DNA of 64,000 nt from a virus, in the IMG/VR virus record IMGVR_UViG_3300020731_000011. One strand, 5' to 3'. The notes beneath the pieces are model-generated. The model did no database searches. It saw only the letters and a list, made by a program, of their open reading frames with translations, and was not told the origin of the DNA. Made by a program: the position numbers and the translations under genes. This document shows positions 1 to 9,902 of the stretch, piece by piece; the stretch's first letter is position 1; every line of letters starts with the position of its first letter.

Positions 1-139
1 ATAGCGTTCTGCTTACTCAAGGGCAAGATTTTAAGAAATTAAATACTGTCGTACATAAGATAATTAATACGACTTTATAAATTTATTTTCCTATCTAGAG
101 GATTAATATTATTTTCTTTTAAAATAAACTGTTATATTT

Positions 140-964
140 ATGAACATTGATGCATTAAAGAGTCGTCTTCAGGCTCTACAAAATCCAAAAGGTGGTGGTA
201 ATAAAGAGCAAAATAAGACTCTTTGGAGACCTACCGTAGGTAAACATTCAATTAGGATCCTACCTAGCGCGTATGACAAATCAAATCCATTTAAAGAGGT
301 ATTAATCTATTACGGGATTAATAACAAGACAATGATCTCTCCAGTGAATTTTGGAGAAAAAGATCCGATTGTTGAATTTACTCAAAAGCTACGTAAGAGT
401 GGAAACAAAGAAGATTGGCAGCTTGCAAAAAAACTTGAATCAAAAATGCGAGTATTTGTGCCTGTAATTGTACGTGGTGAGGAAGATAAAGGCGTACGTC
501 TTTGGGAATTTGGTAAGCAGGTATTTATGGAATTACTCGCTATTGCAGAAGATGAGGATGTAGGTGATTACACAGATGTAATGTCTGGTCGTGATATTAC
601 TATAGAAACAACTGCACCAGAAACAAATGGTACAAATTACAATCAATCTAAAGTACGTGTTCGCGGTAAATCAACCCCACTTTCTGATAATGCAGCTCAA
701 GTTAAAGATTGGCTTTCAAATCAACCAAATCCACTTGATCAATTTAAGAAATACACTTATGAGGAAATGAAGTCAGCTCTACAATCTCATCTTACTCCAG
801 AAGAAGAGACTGAAACACCAACCGTAAAAGAATCAGATGAAGATTCTACAGTAGGAGATCTACCTTGGGAAAAAACAGAAGAGCAGAAGCCAAAAAAGAG
901 CTACTCTTTAAGTACAAAGAAGACAGATGTAGATAAAGAGATAGATGATTTATTTAAAATATAA
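140..964 (+). CDS. single-stranded DNA-binding protein (T4 gp32-like)
   Basis: HSIRILP/F.EV..YY and CP-like DPI motifs, R.W.FGK motif, acidic C-terminal tail ending DDLFKI; first gene of the replication cluster. Confidence 0.75.
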   Translation: MNIDALKSRLQALQNPKGGGNKEQNKTLWRPTVGKHSIRILPSAYDKSNPFKEVLIYYGINNKTMISPVNFGEKDPIVEFTQKLRKSGNKEDWQLAKKLESKMRVFVPVIVRGEEDKGVRLWEFGKQVFMELLAIAEDEDVGDYTDVMSGRDITIETTAPETNGTNYNQSKVRVRGKSTPLSDNAAQVKDWLSNQPNPLDQFKKYTYEEMKSALQSHLTPEEETETPTVKESDEDSTVGDLPWEKTEEQKPKKSYSLSTKKTDVDKEIDDLFKI

Positions 965-981
965 TAATATAAAAGGTTTTA

Positions 982-2079
982 ATGGCAACAACAAAGAAAA
1001 AAGAGGGGCTTACTGGAGCGCTCTCAGATGCTATCAAATCAGATAGTAATATATCACCTCTTGACAAATTTAAAAAGTCAAAAAACCTCGCATCAACATC
1101 AGTAAAGTTTAAAGAGACTAGGTGGATTCCACTCTCGAGTGCTTTTAAAGACACATTACAAATTCCAGGTATTCCTATGGGTCATATTACTCTGCTTAGA
1201 GGTCATAGTGATACAGGAAAGACAACAGCTCTACTTGAAGCGGCCGTTAGTGCTCAAAGACTTGGAATATTACCAGTGTTTATAATTACTGAGATGAAGT
1301 GGTCTTGGGATCATGCTAAGACAATGGGTTTGCAATTTGATGAAGTAGTTAATCAAGAGACTGGGGAAGTAGTAGATTATAGCGGATTTTTTATCTATGT
1401 AGATCGTGAAAAAATGAATTGTGTAGAAGATGTTGCTGCATTTATATCTGATGTTCTAGATGAACAAAAGAAAGGCAATCTACCATATAATATTTGCTTC
1501 TTTTGGGATTCTGTAGGATCAATACCATGTAGACTAAGTATAGAGTCTAATTCCAATAATAATGAATGGAATGCTGGTGCTATGTCGACTCAATTTGGTA
1601 ATTTTATTAATCAAAGAATTATCATGTCTAGAAAAGAAAGTCAACCATATACTAATACCCTTGTAGCTATAAATAAAGTATGGGTTGCAAAACCAGAAGT
1701 GAGAATGGGACAGCCCACTTTACAAAATAAAGGTGGTAATACAATGTGGTTTGATTCTTCATTAGTAATTACATTTGGAGGTATAAGTAAAGCGGGTACT
1801 AATAAAATTAGCGCTACTAAAAACGGTAAAACTGTTGAATTTGCTAAAAGAACTAGATTGAGTTGTGATAAAAATCACATTACTGGGATTACTGCTGCTG
1901 GAAAATTACTTGTAACTGTACACGGATTTATAGATGATGATAAAACTAATAAAGCCGATATTGAGAAATATAAAAAAGAGCATGCTCATGAGTGGCTTAA
2001 AATACTTGGAAGTGGTGATTTTGATATTACAGAAGAGGAAGATGATAATGCTAGCATAATAGATAATTCAGAAGAATAA
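982..2079 (+). CDS. RecA/UvsX-like recombinase
   Basis: Walker A GHSDTGKT, Walker B FFWDSVG, KGG...F motif near the C-terminus. Confidence 0.85.
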   Translation: MATTKKKEGLTGALSDAIKSDSNISPLDKFKKSKNLASTSVKFKETRWIPLSSAFKDTLQIPGIPMGHITLLRGHSDTGKTTALLEAAVSAQRLGILPVFIITEMKWSWDHAKTMGLQFDEVVNQETGEVVDYSGFFIYVDREKMNCVEDVAAFISDVLDEQKKGNLPYNICFFWDSVGSIPCRLSIESNSNNNEWNAGAMSTQFGNFINQRIIMSRKESQPYTNTLVAINKVWVAKPEVRMGQPTLQNKGGNTMWFDSSLVITFGGISKAGTNKISATKNGKTVEFAKRTRLSCDKNHITGITAAGKLLVTVHGFIDDDKTNKADIEKYKKEHAHEWLKILGSGDFDITEEEDDNASIIDNSEE

Positions 2080-2088
2080 AATACAGAC

Positions 2089-2667
2089 ATGACACTAAAA
2101 GATTTTATATTAAAGAAAAAAGAAGATGCGAAATTCTGGACTAAGAAAGAAGATCTAGAACTTACACCAGAACAGTTAATGACTATGGTAGATGAACTTA
2201 AACAATGTGAAGAGTTTAAGGACACTGAAATAGAGATTATGAATCTTCCAGTAGCACATATTACTTTAGGAGATAAAATAGATACTATTTCGGCAAAAAC
2301 AATAATACTTCATGAAGGGACTAAATTTGGAAAAAAATGTTATCTGTATAAGATAAGTTTAACTCCAGAATTGTACGAAAAAGATTTTATTAATACAATG
2401 CCTGGATCATATGTAACTCCAGTTATCTATAACCCTGAATCATTTATACCAGAAAAGAAAATAGTGCTAGTATATGATATGGTGGGTCATCAAGATGATA
2501 TAGCATTTGGAAATATTAACTATAGGAAATCGATCCATGATACATTAGATGATATAATAGATAATATGGAAAGTTATGAAAAAGTACCCAATCATAGATG
2601 TATTATAGTAAGAGGTCACTTTGAATATTATTCAGTTCCTAATGAAGCTGAAAAAATAAAAATATAA
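2089..2667 (+). CDS. hypothetical protein
   Basis: 192-aa ORF tightly packed in the operon; no recognised motif. Confidence 0.55.
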   Translation: MTLKDFILKKKEDAKFWTKKEDLELTPEQLMTMVDELKQCEEFKDTEIEIMNLPVAHITLGDKIDTISAKTIILHEGTKFGKKCYLYKISLTPELYEKDFINTMPGSYVTPVIYNPESFIPEKKIVLVYDMVGHQDDIAFGNINYRKSIHDTLDDIIDNMESYEKVPNHRCIIVRGHFEYYSVPNEAEKIKI

Positions 2668-2668
2668 T

Positions 2669-3697
2669 ATGAATAGTAGATATGCAGAAATGATAAATGA
2701 TCTTTCACAAAATAATACACAGACCGTCGACTTAAGCCTGAATTCAAAGGTTTTCATAGTCGACGGTCTTTAACTCAACAACTTTCTAAGATCCTTTGCA
2801 ATGATCCAGCATGTAAATCCAGCAGGGCAGCATATAGGAGCACTAACGGGGTTTCTTAAGTCTATGGCATATGGGATGAGACTAGTAAGACCAACACGTG
2901 TCATAATAGTATTCGATGGTAGAGGTAGTTCTACAAATAAGCGCTACCTCTACCCTGAATACAAAGCCAATCGAGGAGTAAAACGCATTACAAATTGGGA
3001 TATATTTGATTCACAAGATGAAGAATCTGATGCTATTAAAAACCAGCTTCTGAGGCTCATAGACTATCTCAAATGTCTTCCAGTAGATCTACTATCAATA
3101 GACAAGATAGAGGCAGATGATGTCATAGGATATATAGCAAAACATATAGGAAAAGAGGTAACTATTATGTCTTCAGACAGAGATTATCTACAGCTAGCAT
3201 CAGATAGAATAAGTATTTACTCTCCAACAAAGAAAAAATTCTATTCTCCAAAAGACGTCTTAAGTGAGTACGAAGTCACATCTAATAATTTCTTAACTCA
3301 GAAGATACTACTTGGAGACAAGGGCGATAATGTTCCTGGAGTTAAAGGATTAGGTCCTAAGACTTTGTTAAAGCATTTTCCAGAATTAGGAGAATTACGT
3401 ACTATTAATCTAGAGCATATTATAAACAAATGCAAAGATAGTGAAGTACCAATATTGCAAAAGATATACGCTTTTAAAAATCAATTAGAGATCAATAGAC
3501 AATTAATGGATTTAGATGAACCTAATATTCCAGAAGATTCAAAGATTGAAATAGACTCAATGATACAAAATCCTAATAAAGGATATGAACCTGCAATATT
3601 TACTTCTCTATATAATGAAGATCAACTAGGAGCAAGCATTACAAATTTACAATCTTGGTTATATACAAATTTTAACGAAATAGCAAAATACAAATAA
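2669..3697 (+). CDS. 5'-3' exonuclease / FEN (T4 RNase H-like), interrupted by an in-frame TAA at 2771-2773
   Basis: ATG 2669 is in frame with track ORF 2801..3697. Translation gives ...KVFIVDGL*LNNFLRSFAMIQH..., then FDGRG, EYKANR, EADDVI, SSDRD and GDKGDNVPGVKGLGPKT (H3TH) motifs. Confidence 0.85.
2721..2769 (+). other. perfect 12-bp GC-rich inverted repeat abutting the in-frame stop of the FEN gene
   Basis: AGACCGTCGACT (2721-2732) / AGTCGACGGTCT (2758-2769); inner AAGCCT/AGGTTT stem. Confidence 0.9.
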
Positions 3698-3704
3698 AAA
3701 AGTT

Positions 3705-5081
3705 ATGAGTCAATTAAACTCCTTAAATTCTTATGGGTCTGGTTTTCAAACAAAAGTTCTTAATTCTCTTTTAAAACATAGAGAATTTTTACAGAATATC
3801 AGTGATGTTGTAGAGCCAGAGATGTTTGATAGTCCAGCATCACAATGGATTGTTAAAGAGACTTTAAGGTACTATTTCAAATATCATACAAATCCATCTA
3901 TAGAATTTTTACAAGTAGAAGTAAAGAAGATACAAAATGAAGTGCTTAAAGTCTCAGTAGCAGAACAGGTTAAGGAGGCACTTAAAGCATCAAATGAGGA
4001 TCATCTTTATATTGAGCAGGAATTTTCTAATTTTTGTAAAAATCAACAACTCAAAAAAGCACTACTTAATTCAGTAGATCTGCTGTCTAAAGGTCAATTT
4101 GAAGATATAAGAATAATAATAGACTCTGCACTTAAAGCTGGAGCTGATAAGAATATAGGACACGAGTATCTTCAAGACATTGAACAAAGATATAGAGAAG
4201 ATGATAGACGGGCAGTACCAACTCCATGGAAGAATATAAGTGATCATCTTATGGGTGGACTAGGAAGAGGAGATCTTGGTATTATATTTGGTGGACCAGG
4301 CTCAGGTAAATCATGGTTTTTAATAAATTTGGGAGCAGAGGCTGTAAAGAATGGTTTAACAGTAAATCATTATACATTAGAACTATCAGACATCTACACA
4401 GGTAAAAGATATGACTCAGTATTTACAGGAATAGGATTTAAAGAAATACACTTACATAGAGAGAAGGTAGAAGAGGTAGTAAGCAATCTCCCAGGTCGAT
4501 TAACTATTGCAGAATACCCGATGGGTAAAACTACTGTAAATGCAGTAGAATCTCATATTAGAAAATGCACAGACATGGGACACAAGCCAGATCTAATCAT
4601 TATCGACTATATAGATCTATTAAAGTCGAAGAGAGTTGGCGGTGAAATAAAAGATGAAATAGATGATGTGTATACTGCAATAAAAGGCATGGCAAGAGAG
4701 CTTAATACTCCAATATGGTCAGTAAGTCAAGTTAATCGTCAAGGTGCTAAAGATGATATTGTAGAAGGAGACAAGGCTGCTGGTTCATATAATAAGATCA
4801 TGATTGCAGATTTTATTATGTCGTTATCAAGAAAACGAGCTGATAAGATCAATAAAACTGGTAGAGTACATATTATGAAAAACAGATATGGTAGTGATGG
4901 TATGACATATAATGCTATAATAGACACAGATAATGGGTTTATACAAATAGATGATAAAGAACTAACTGAAGAAGAAATCAGAACCATGGCAGCAGCATCA
5001 GCTCAAACTCAAGATAAAACAGGATTATCTTCTGAAGAAAAAGCAATATTAAGTAAAAAATTCTTTGAATTATCAAAATAA
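3705..5081 (+). CDS. dnaB: DnaB-like replicative helicase (gp41-like)
   Basis: Walker A GGPGSGKS, IIIDYIDLL, SQVNR, KNRYG motifs. Confidence 0.9.
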   Translation: MSQLNSLNSYGSGFQTKVLNSLLKHREFLQNISDVVEPEMFDSPASQWIVKETLRYYFKYHTNPSIEFLQVEVKKIQNEVLKVSVAEQVKEALKASNEDHLYIEQEFSNFCKNQQLKKALLNSVDLLSKGQFEDIRIIIDSALKAGADKNIGHEYLQDIEQRYREDDRRAVPTPWKNISDHLMGGLGRGDLGIIFGGPGSGKSWFLINLGAEAVKNGLTVNHYTLELSDIYTGKRYDSVFTGIGFKEIHLHREKVEEVVSNLPGRLTIAEYPMGKTTVNAVESHIRKCTDMGHKPDLIIIDYIDLLKSKRVGGEIKDEIDDVYTAIKGMARELNTPIWSVSQVNRQGAKDDIVEGDKAAGSYNKIMIADFIMSLSRKRADKINKTGRVHIMKNRYGSDGMTYNAIIDTDNGFIQIDDKELTEEEIRTMAAASAQTQDKTGLSSEEKAILSKKFFELSK

Positions 5082-5084
5082 TTG

Positions 5085-5093
5085 TATATTTAT
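5085..5093 (+). promoter_or_regulatory. ATATTTAT(A/T) box, a recurrent putative phage (late) promoter
   Basis: also at ~6684, 8593, 13040, 21394, 32054, 34914, 47924, 55851, 57854, 59368, 61618 and 62723, each shortly upstream of a gene or RNA start. Confidence 0.6.
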
Positions 5094-5118
5094 TATTACG
5101 AAGAAAAAAAACTAACAT

Positions 5119-5319
5119 ATGGCAAATTTTATAATAGATCTATTTAAAAAGGCAACTAAGAACAATAATTACAGAACAACTGATGCGCCTAGTAAATATA
5201 ATGACAGTGTTGCTGCATTAAATGCAACTAATCAAAATTCACTTAGCACTAGCAAATTGAATAGACTGTCTACAATAGGACCTTCTAAAATATCAAATCC
5301 AAAGACTCCAGGTCAATAA
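5119..5319 (+). CDS. hypothetical protein
   Basis: 66-aa ORF preceded by an ATATTTAT box. Confidence 0.4.
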   Translation: MANFIIDLFKKATKNNNYRTTDAPSKYNDSVAALNATNQNSLSTSKLNRLSTIGPSKISNPKTPGQ

Positions 5320-5394
5320 TATTTTAAAAATATTGATCTAATTAATGGACTCATCTCAGAGCCCAAAGTATAAAATATTGTCAAAATTTTAATA

Positions 5395-6681
5395 ATGAAT
5401 ATAGAACAGAAAATATTATCAGATATTACAGTATATATGAAATACTCAAAATATCTGCCGCAATTACAAAGAAGAGAGACTTGGGAAGATCTAGTTACGA
5501 GAAACATGGAAATGCATCTTAAAAAGTACCCTCAATTAACTAAAGAGATTGAAGATGCATATGAATTAGTTTATGACAAGAAAGTACTTCCTTCTATGAG
5601 AAGCCTTCAATTTGGAGGAAAGTCTATCGAAATCAATCCAAATAGAATTTATAACTGTGCATATCTGCCTATAGATGATTATAGATCATTTTCAGAGATT
5701 ATGTTTCTTTTACTAGGTGGAACTGGAGTGGGATTTTCAGTACAAAAACATCACGTAGAAAAGTTACCAGAGATAAAACTTCCAAATAAAAAGAGAAAAA
5801 AGAGATTCTTAATCAATGATTCTATTGAAGGCTGGGCAGATGCAGTAAAAGCTCTAGTAAAATCTTATTTTGAAGGCAGCTCATCTCTAGAATTTGATTT
5901 CTCTGATATTAGACCTAAAGGTGCAGCACTTGTTACTTCAGGAGGTAAAGCACCAGGACCTCAACCACTAAAAGAGTGTCTATTTAAATTAGAGAGCATA
6001 TTAAGTCAAAAGGAGAATGGAGATAAATTATCTTCAATAGAAGTGCATGATATGGTGTGTCATATTGCAGATGCAGTATTAGCCGGAGGCATTCGTAGAG
6101 CTGCGCTGATTTCTCTATTTTCTGCTGATGACGATGAAATGATTTCTTGTAAATCTGGAAATTGGTGGGAACTTAATCCTCAACGTGGCAGAGCAAATAA
6201 CTCAGCAGTACTTCTTAGAAATAAAATAACCAAAGAATTCTTTATGAGTCTTTGGGATAAGATTAAAAATTCAGGCAGTGGAGAGCCTGGTATCTACTTA
6301 AATAATGATAAAGATTGGGGTACAAACCCGTGTATTTCAGGAGATTCTTTAATTACTGTAAAAGATCACAATGGAGTATCTGGAAATGAATCTTTATCTG
6401 AAGGAGTAGTATATCAAATTCCAATGAAGATATTAGTAGATTTATATGAAACTAGTGATTATCCTCCTATGGTATTAACATTTAATGAAGATACGAAGGA
6501 ATTAGAATATGATTATATGAATTGGGCTAAAAAGACAAAAGAAAATGCAGAATTAATAGAATTAAGTTTAGATAATGGACAAACTATAAAACTTACTCCA
6601 GATCATAGAGTCTATACAGAAAATAGAGGTTGGATAGAAGCAGCAAAATTAATTGAAGATGATGTATTAATCTCAATTTAA
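5395..6681 (+). CDS. nrdJ: class II ribonucleotide reductase, N-terminal fragment ending in an N-intein (6331-6678)
   Basis: LPSMRSLQFGG, YNCAY, GGTGVGFS, GGIRRAA, GTNP, then intein block A CISGDS and block B LTPDHRVYTENRGW, then stop. Confidence 0.9.
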   Translation: MNIEQKILSDITVYMKYSKYLPQLQRRETWEDLVTRNMEMHLKKYPQLTKEIEDAYELVYDKKVLPSMRSLQFGGKSIEINPNRIYNCAYLPIDDYRSFSEIMFLLLGGTGVGFSVQKHHVEKLPEIKLPNKKRKKRFLINDSIEGWADAVKALVKSYFEGSSSLEFDFSDIRPKGAALVTSGGKAPGPQPLKECLFKLESILSQKENGDKLSSIEVHDMVCHIADAVLAGGIRRAALISLFSADDDEMISCKSGNWWELNPQRGRANNSAVLLRNKITKEFFMSLWDKIKNSGSGEPGIYLNNDKDWGTNPCISGDSLITVKDHNGVSGNESLSEGVVYQIPMKILVDLYETSDYPPMVLTFNEDTKELEYDYMNWAKKTKENAELIELSLDNGQTIKLTPDHRVYTENRGWIEAAKLIEDDVLISI

Positions 6682-6706
6682 TTGATATTTATTGTAAAAT
6701 AATAAC

Positions 6707-7570
6707 ATGGATTTGTACCCCAATTTTACAAAAGAAGAAGTTCAATTTATATTAGATGTATACAATGAATCGTATGGTAGATTTCAGAAAGGTTGTAATA
6801 TAAAAATATCTGATGAGTATAAGCAACTTTATAAATTATATTCGACTAAAAGAATTATCGAATTAGGGAATTCTAGTAGAGCTTCAAACAGGCGTTTATT
6901 TTTAAGAGATATTTGGAAATTTGAAAATAAAGATATTATTAAAAAAGCTTATGATATTATCTATAGAGAATATTCTAAAGGATTTGGTATTAAAAGGATT
7001 AATTCTATTTTAAATCTTGGATATACTCTAACAAGATCATTTTTAATTTTTTTAGGATTAGAACTTAATAAATCTAATATAGAAAATAAATCTTTAAATA
7101 ATTTTAGAAAAAATAAGTCAAAAAAAGAATATGCGTCGAATTCTGGGTGGTTCAATGAAGAAATTAGAAGAAATTTAAAAATAAAAAATTCTAATGGGAA
7201 AGGCGTTCAGGGGTATTATTATAATAGAATTTTAAATAAATGGGTTTGGCTAAGAAGTTCCTATGAGTATATATTTGCTGAATACCTAACTGAAAATAAA
7301 CTGAAGTGGGACACAGAAATTAAAAGTTATAAATTAGATGATGGAACTAAATATACTCCAGATTTTTTTATTTATGATGAGTATGATAATTTGAATGCTA
7401 TCGTAGAAATAAAGGGATATTTAACTGTTAATTCTTATAAAGTTGAAAAACTTAAAAAAGTTATAAATACACAAGTATCATTAATACAGAATATTAATTT
7501 ATATAAAATAAAAAATATAAACTATTTAAAAAAATGGAAAGAAATTCGATTACTGGAATTACCAAAATAA
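6707..7570 (+). mobile_element. free-standing homing endonuclease (PD-(D/E)XK type) between the split-intein halves
   Basis: RSSYE...YTPDF...VEIKG motif; own ATATTTAT box at 6684; more AT-rich than nrdJ. Confidence 0.75.
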
Positions 7571-8592
7571 AAATAATAAAAAAGAGTATAGTATCAAATG
7601 AGGATGTATATGATATTAGTATGAAGAAAAATCACAACTTCTTTGCTAATGGATTACTAGTACATAATTGTTGTGAAATTGCACTACGTCCTTTCCAATT
7701 CTGTAATTTATGTGAAGTAAATGTATCAGATGTAGTAGATCAAGCAGATCTTAATAAAAGAGTTAAAGCAGCTGCACTAATTGGAACATTACAAGCTGGT
7801 TATACAAATTTCCACTATCTTAGATCAGTTTGGCAGAGAACTACAGAAAAAGAGGCACTTATAGGAGTTGGTATGACTGGTATTGGATCTGGAGTTGTTC
7901 AAAATTTAGATCTTGAAATGGCCTCAAATATAGTAAAAAGCACTAATTTAGAGGTGGCTAAAATCATAGGAATTAATTCTGCTGCTCGTTGTACTACAAT
8001 AAAACCCTCAGGCACATCTTCTTTAGTCCTGGGCACATCTTCTGGCATACATGCATGGCATAATGAATATTATATCAGGAATATAAGAGTAGGTAAGAAT
8101 GAAGCAATCTATACATATCTAAGCATATATCATCCAGAGCTGGTACAAGATGAATACTTTAGACCACATGATACAGCAGTAATATCAGTACCTCAAAGAG
8201 CTCCACAAGGGTCAATATTAAGAACAGAATCAGCATTAGATCTTTTAAATAGAGTAAAACATTTTTACGAATATTGGATTAAGCCTGGTCATATCACTGG
8301 ACAAAATACGCATAATATTTCTGCAACAGTATCAATTAAAGATAATGAGTGGGAGGAAGTTGGTAATTGGATGTGGGAGAATAAGAATTGTTATAATGGA
8401 CTTTCAGTACTTCCATTTTCAGATCATACATATATCCAAGCACCTTTTGAAGATTGCACTAAGGAGAAATATGAAGAGATGATGACATCATTGACAAATA
8501 TAGACTTATCAAAAGTAATAGAGTCAGATGATAATACAGATCTTAAGGATCAAGTGGCATGTGCTGGAAATGCATGTGAGATAGCAGTATAG
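7534..8592 (+). CDS. nrdJ: class II RNR C-terminal fragment starting with a C-intein (7534-7668)
   Basis: EDVYDISMKKNHNFFANGLLVHN|CCEIALRP; TTIKPSGT; C-terminal ACAGNACEI. Confidence 0.9.
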   Translation: MERNSITGITKIKIIKKSIVSNEDVYDISMKKNHNFFANGLLVHNCCEIALRPFQFCNLCEVNVSDVVDQADLNKRVKAAALIGTLQAGYTNFHYLRSVWQRTTEKEALIGVGMTGIGSGVVQNLDLEMASNIVKSTNLEVAKIIGINSAARCTTIKPSGTSSLVLGTSSGIHAWHNEYYIRNIRVGKNEAIYTYLSIYHPELVQDEYFRPHDTAVISVPQRAPQGSILRTESALDLLNRVKHFYEYWIKPGHITGQNTHNISATVSIKDNEWEEVGNWMWENKNCYNGLSVLPFSDHTYIQAPFEDCTKEKYEEMMTSLTNIDLSKVIESDDNTDLKDQVACAGNACEIAV

Positions 8593-8606
8593 CATATTTA
8601 TAATAT

Positions 8607-9422
8607 ATGATAAAATTAGTAGATCTACTTACTGAGAAGATAATAAAGATACCGCAGAGTCAGTTATTAAAGGCTGATTCTGCGTTTTCTTACATAAAAA
8701 AGAATGCAGACTCTCTTAAAAAGAAATCACCTAAAAGCTATATACAAGACCCGTATATTCCTAAGAGCTTTAAGAATATATTTAATATAGAAGATCTTAG
8801 AGGTAATTTAATATCGATAAGTCTAGGACTGTATAATGATCCTAAAGATAATGCTTATGCTAGAATGGACCAGCAGAACAGGGCAGTTATAGTAAATCTC
8901 TCAAAATTAACAGACGAGTATAATTTTGTAACAAGCATAGAACATGAACTAGTACATGCTATAGACCCAAAAGCCTATGATGCAGAATTAGATGCAAAAC
9001 TTGGAGTGAGAGCGCCTAAAGCCCCGAGTAAGAATGCAAACCCAGATAAAATAGAGCAATATGAAAAGGATCTTATAGCGCACTTAAATTCACCTGCAGA
9101 ATTTGATGCACATACTTCAACTCTGATAAATACAATAGCCTCAGGGCTTGCAAAGAAAGACAAGGATAAGGCGGCAATGTCGGCAGTTAAAAGCCAACTA
9201 TTTAAGGCTCTTTCTGACATAAAGACTAAGAGCTACGATGAGGTATATAATAAGTATAAAAATACAGCAGTTCCTTTTTTATTCCTAAGAGGACCGTGGA
9301 TAAAAGACAGAATTGAGACAGCAAGAGATAATTTTTATTCTGAGCTGGTCAAGATTAAGGCTTGGTCAACTGATGAGCAATTATATAAGAGATTTCTTAA
9401 AAGATTGAGTATAGAATTATAA
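8607..9422 (+). CDS. zincin-like metalloprotease domain protein
   Basis: IEHELVHA (HExxH) plus downstream EFDA; N-terminus MIKLVDLLTE. Confidence 0.5.
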   Translation: MIKLVDLLTEKIIKIPQSQLLKADSAFSYIKKNADSLKKKSPKSYIQDPYIPKSFKNIFNIEDLRGNLISISLGLYNDPKDNAYARMDQQNRAVIVNLSKLTDEYNFVTSIEHELVHAIDPKAYDAELDAKLGVRAPKAPSKNANPDKIEQYEKDLIAHLNSPAEFDAHTSTLINTIASGLAKKDKDKAAMSAVKSQLFKALSDIKTKSYDEVYNKYKNTAVPFLFLRGPWIKDRIETARDNFYSELVKIKAWSTDEQLYKRFLKRLSIEL

Positions 9423-9472
9423 TACTCATAAGAAATATTTAATAATGTTATAAAAAAATCATAGATTTAAAT

Positions 9473-9670
9473 ATGACATTTACTATAACAACAGAGAATA
9501 TTTATTTATCAATTATCTTATTGCTGATAATATTGCAAGTGTATCAGTGGTCTAAAATAAAATCACTTAAAGTTCAATTAGAATTACAAATACACAATAT
9601 AGTAATAGGTGTAGCAAGTGCATTGACTGTATTAGAAAAAAAGATAGATGAAAAACAAGATAAGCAGTAG
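9473..9670 (+). CDS. small membrane protein
   Basis: hydrophobic N-terminal helix. Confidence 0.5.
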   Translation: MTFTITTENIYLSIILLLIILQVYQWSKIKSLKVQLELQIHNIVIGVASALTVLEKKIDEKQDKQ

Positions 9671-9902
9671 AGGTTTTGGAGACACTGTAGCTAAATTTAC
9701 GCATTTCTTTGGACTTGATAAATTTTCTTCATGGTTTGCTAAAAAAATACTAGGTTTACAGGACTGTGGATGCCAAAGACGACAAGGTGCACTAAATAGA
9801 TTACTTCCCTATAAAAATAAAAGTCATGACTCAGAGACAATATTTAACAGTAAATACTTTAGCGAGCGTCAAGGAGATGATAGCTCACATTCAAAAGCAT
9901 GA
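9648..9902 (+). CDS. small phage protein with a DCGC motif
   Basis: GFGDTV...DCGC..R...LN pattern, recalled from other phage small proteins. Confidence 0.5.
   Translation: MKNKISSRGFGDTVAKFTHFFGLDKFSSWFAKKILGLQDCGCQRRQGALNRLLPYKNKSHDSETIFNSKYFSERQGDDSSHSKA

Noticed and set aside
2771-2776. Group I intron remnant or alternative genetic code as the explanation of the FEN stop
   Set aside because: No 6-nt excision that restores DGLN ends in G and there is no intron core. TAA is the main terminator of genes throughout the window, so it is not reassigned.
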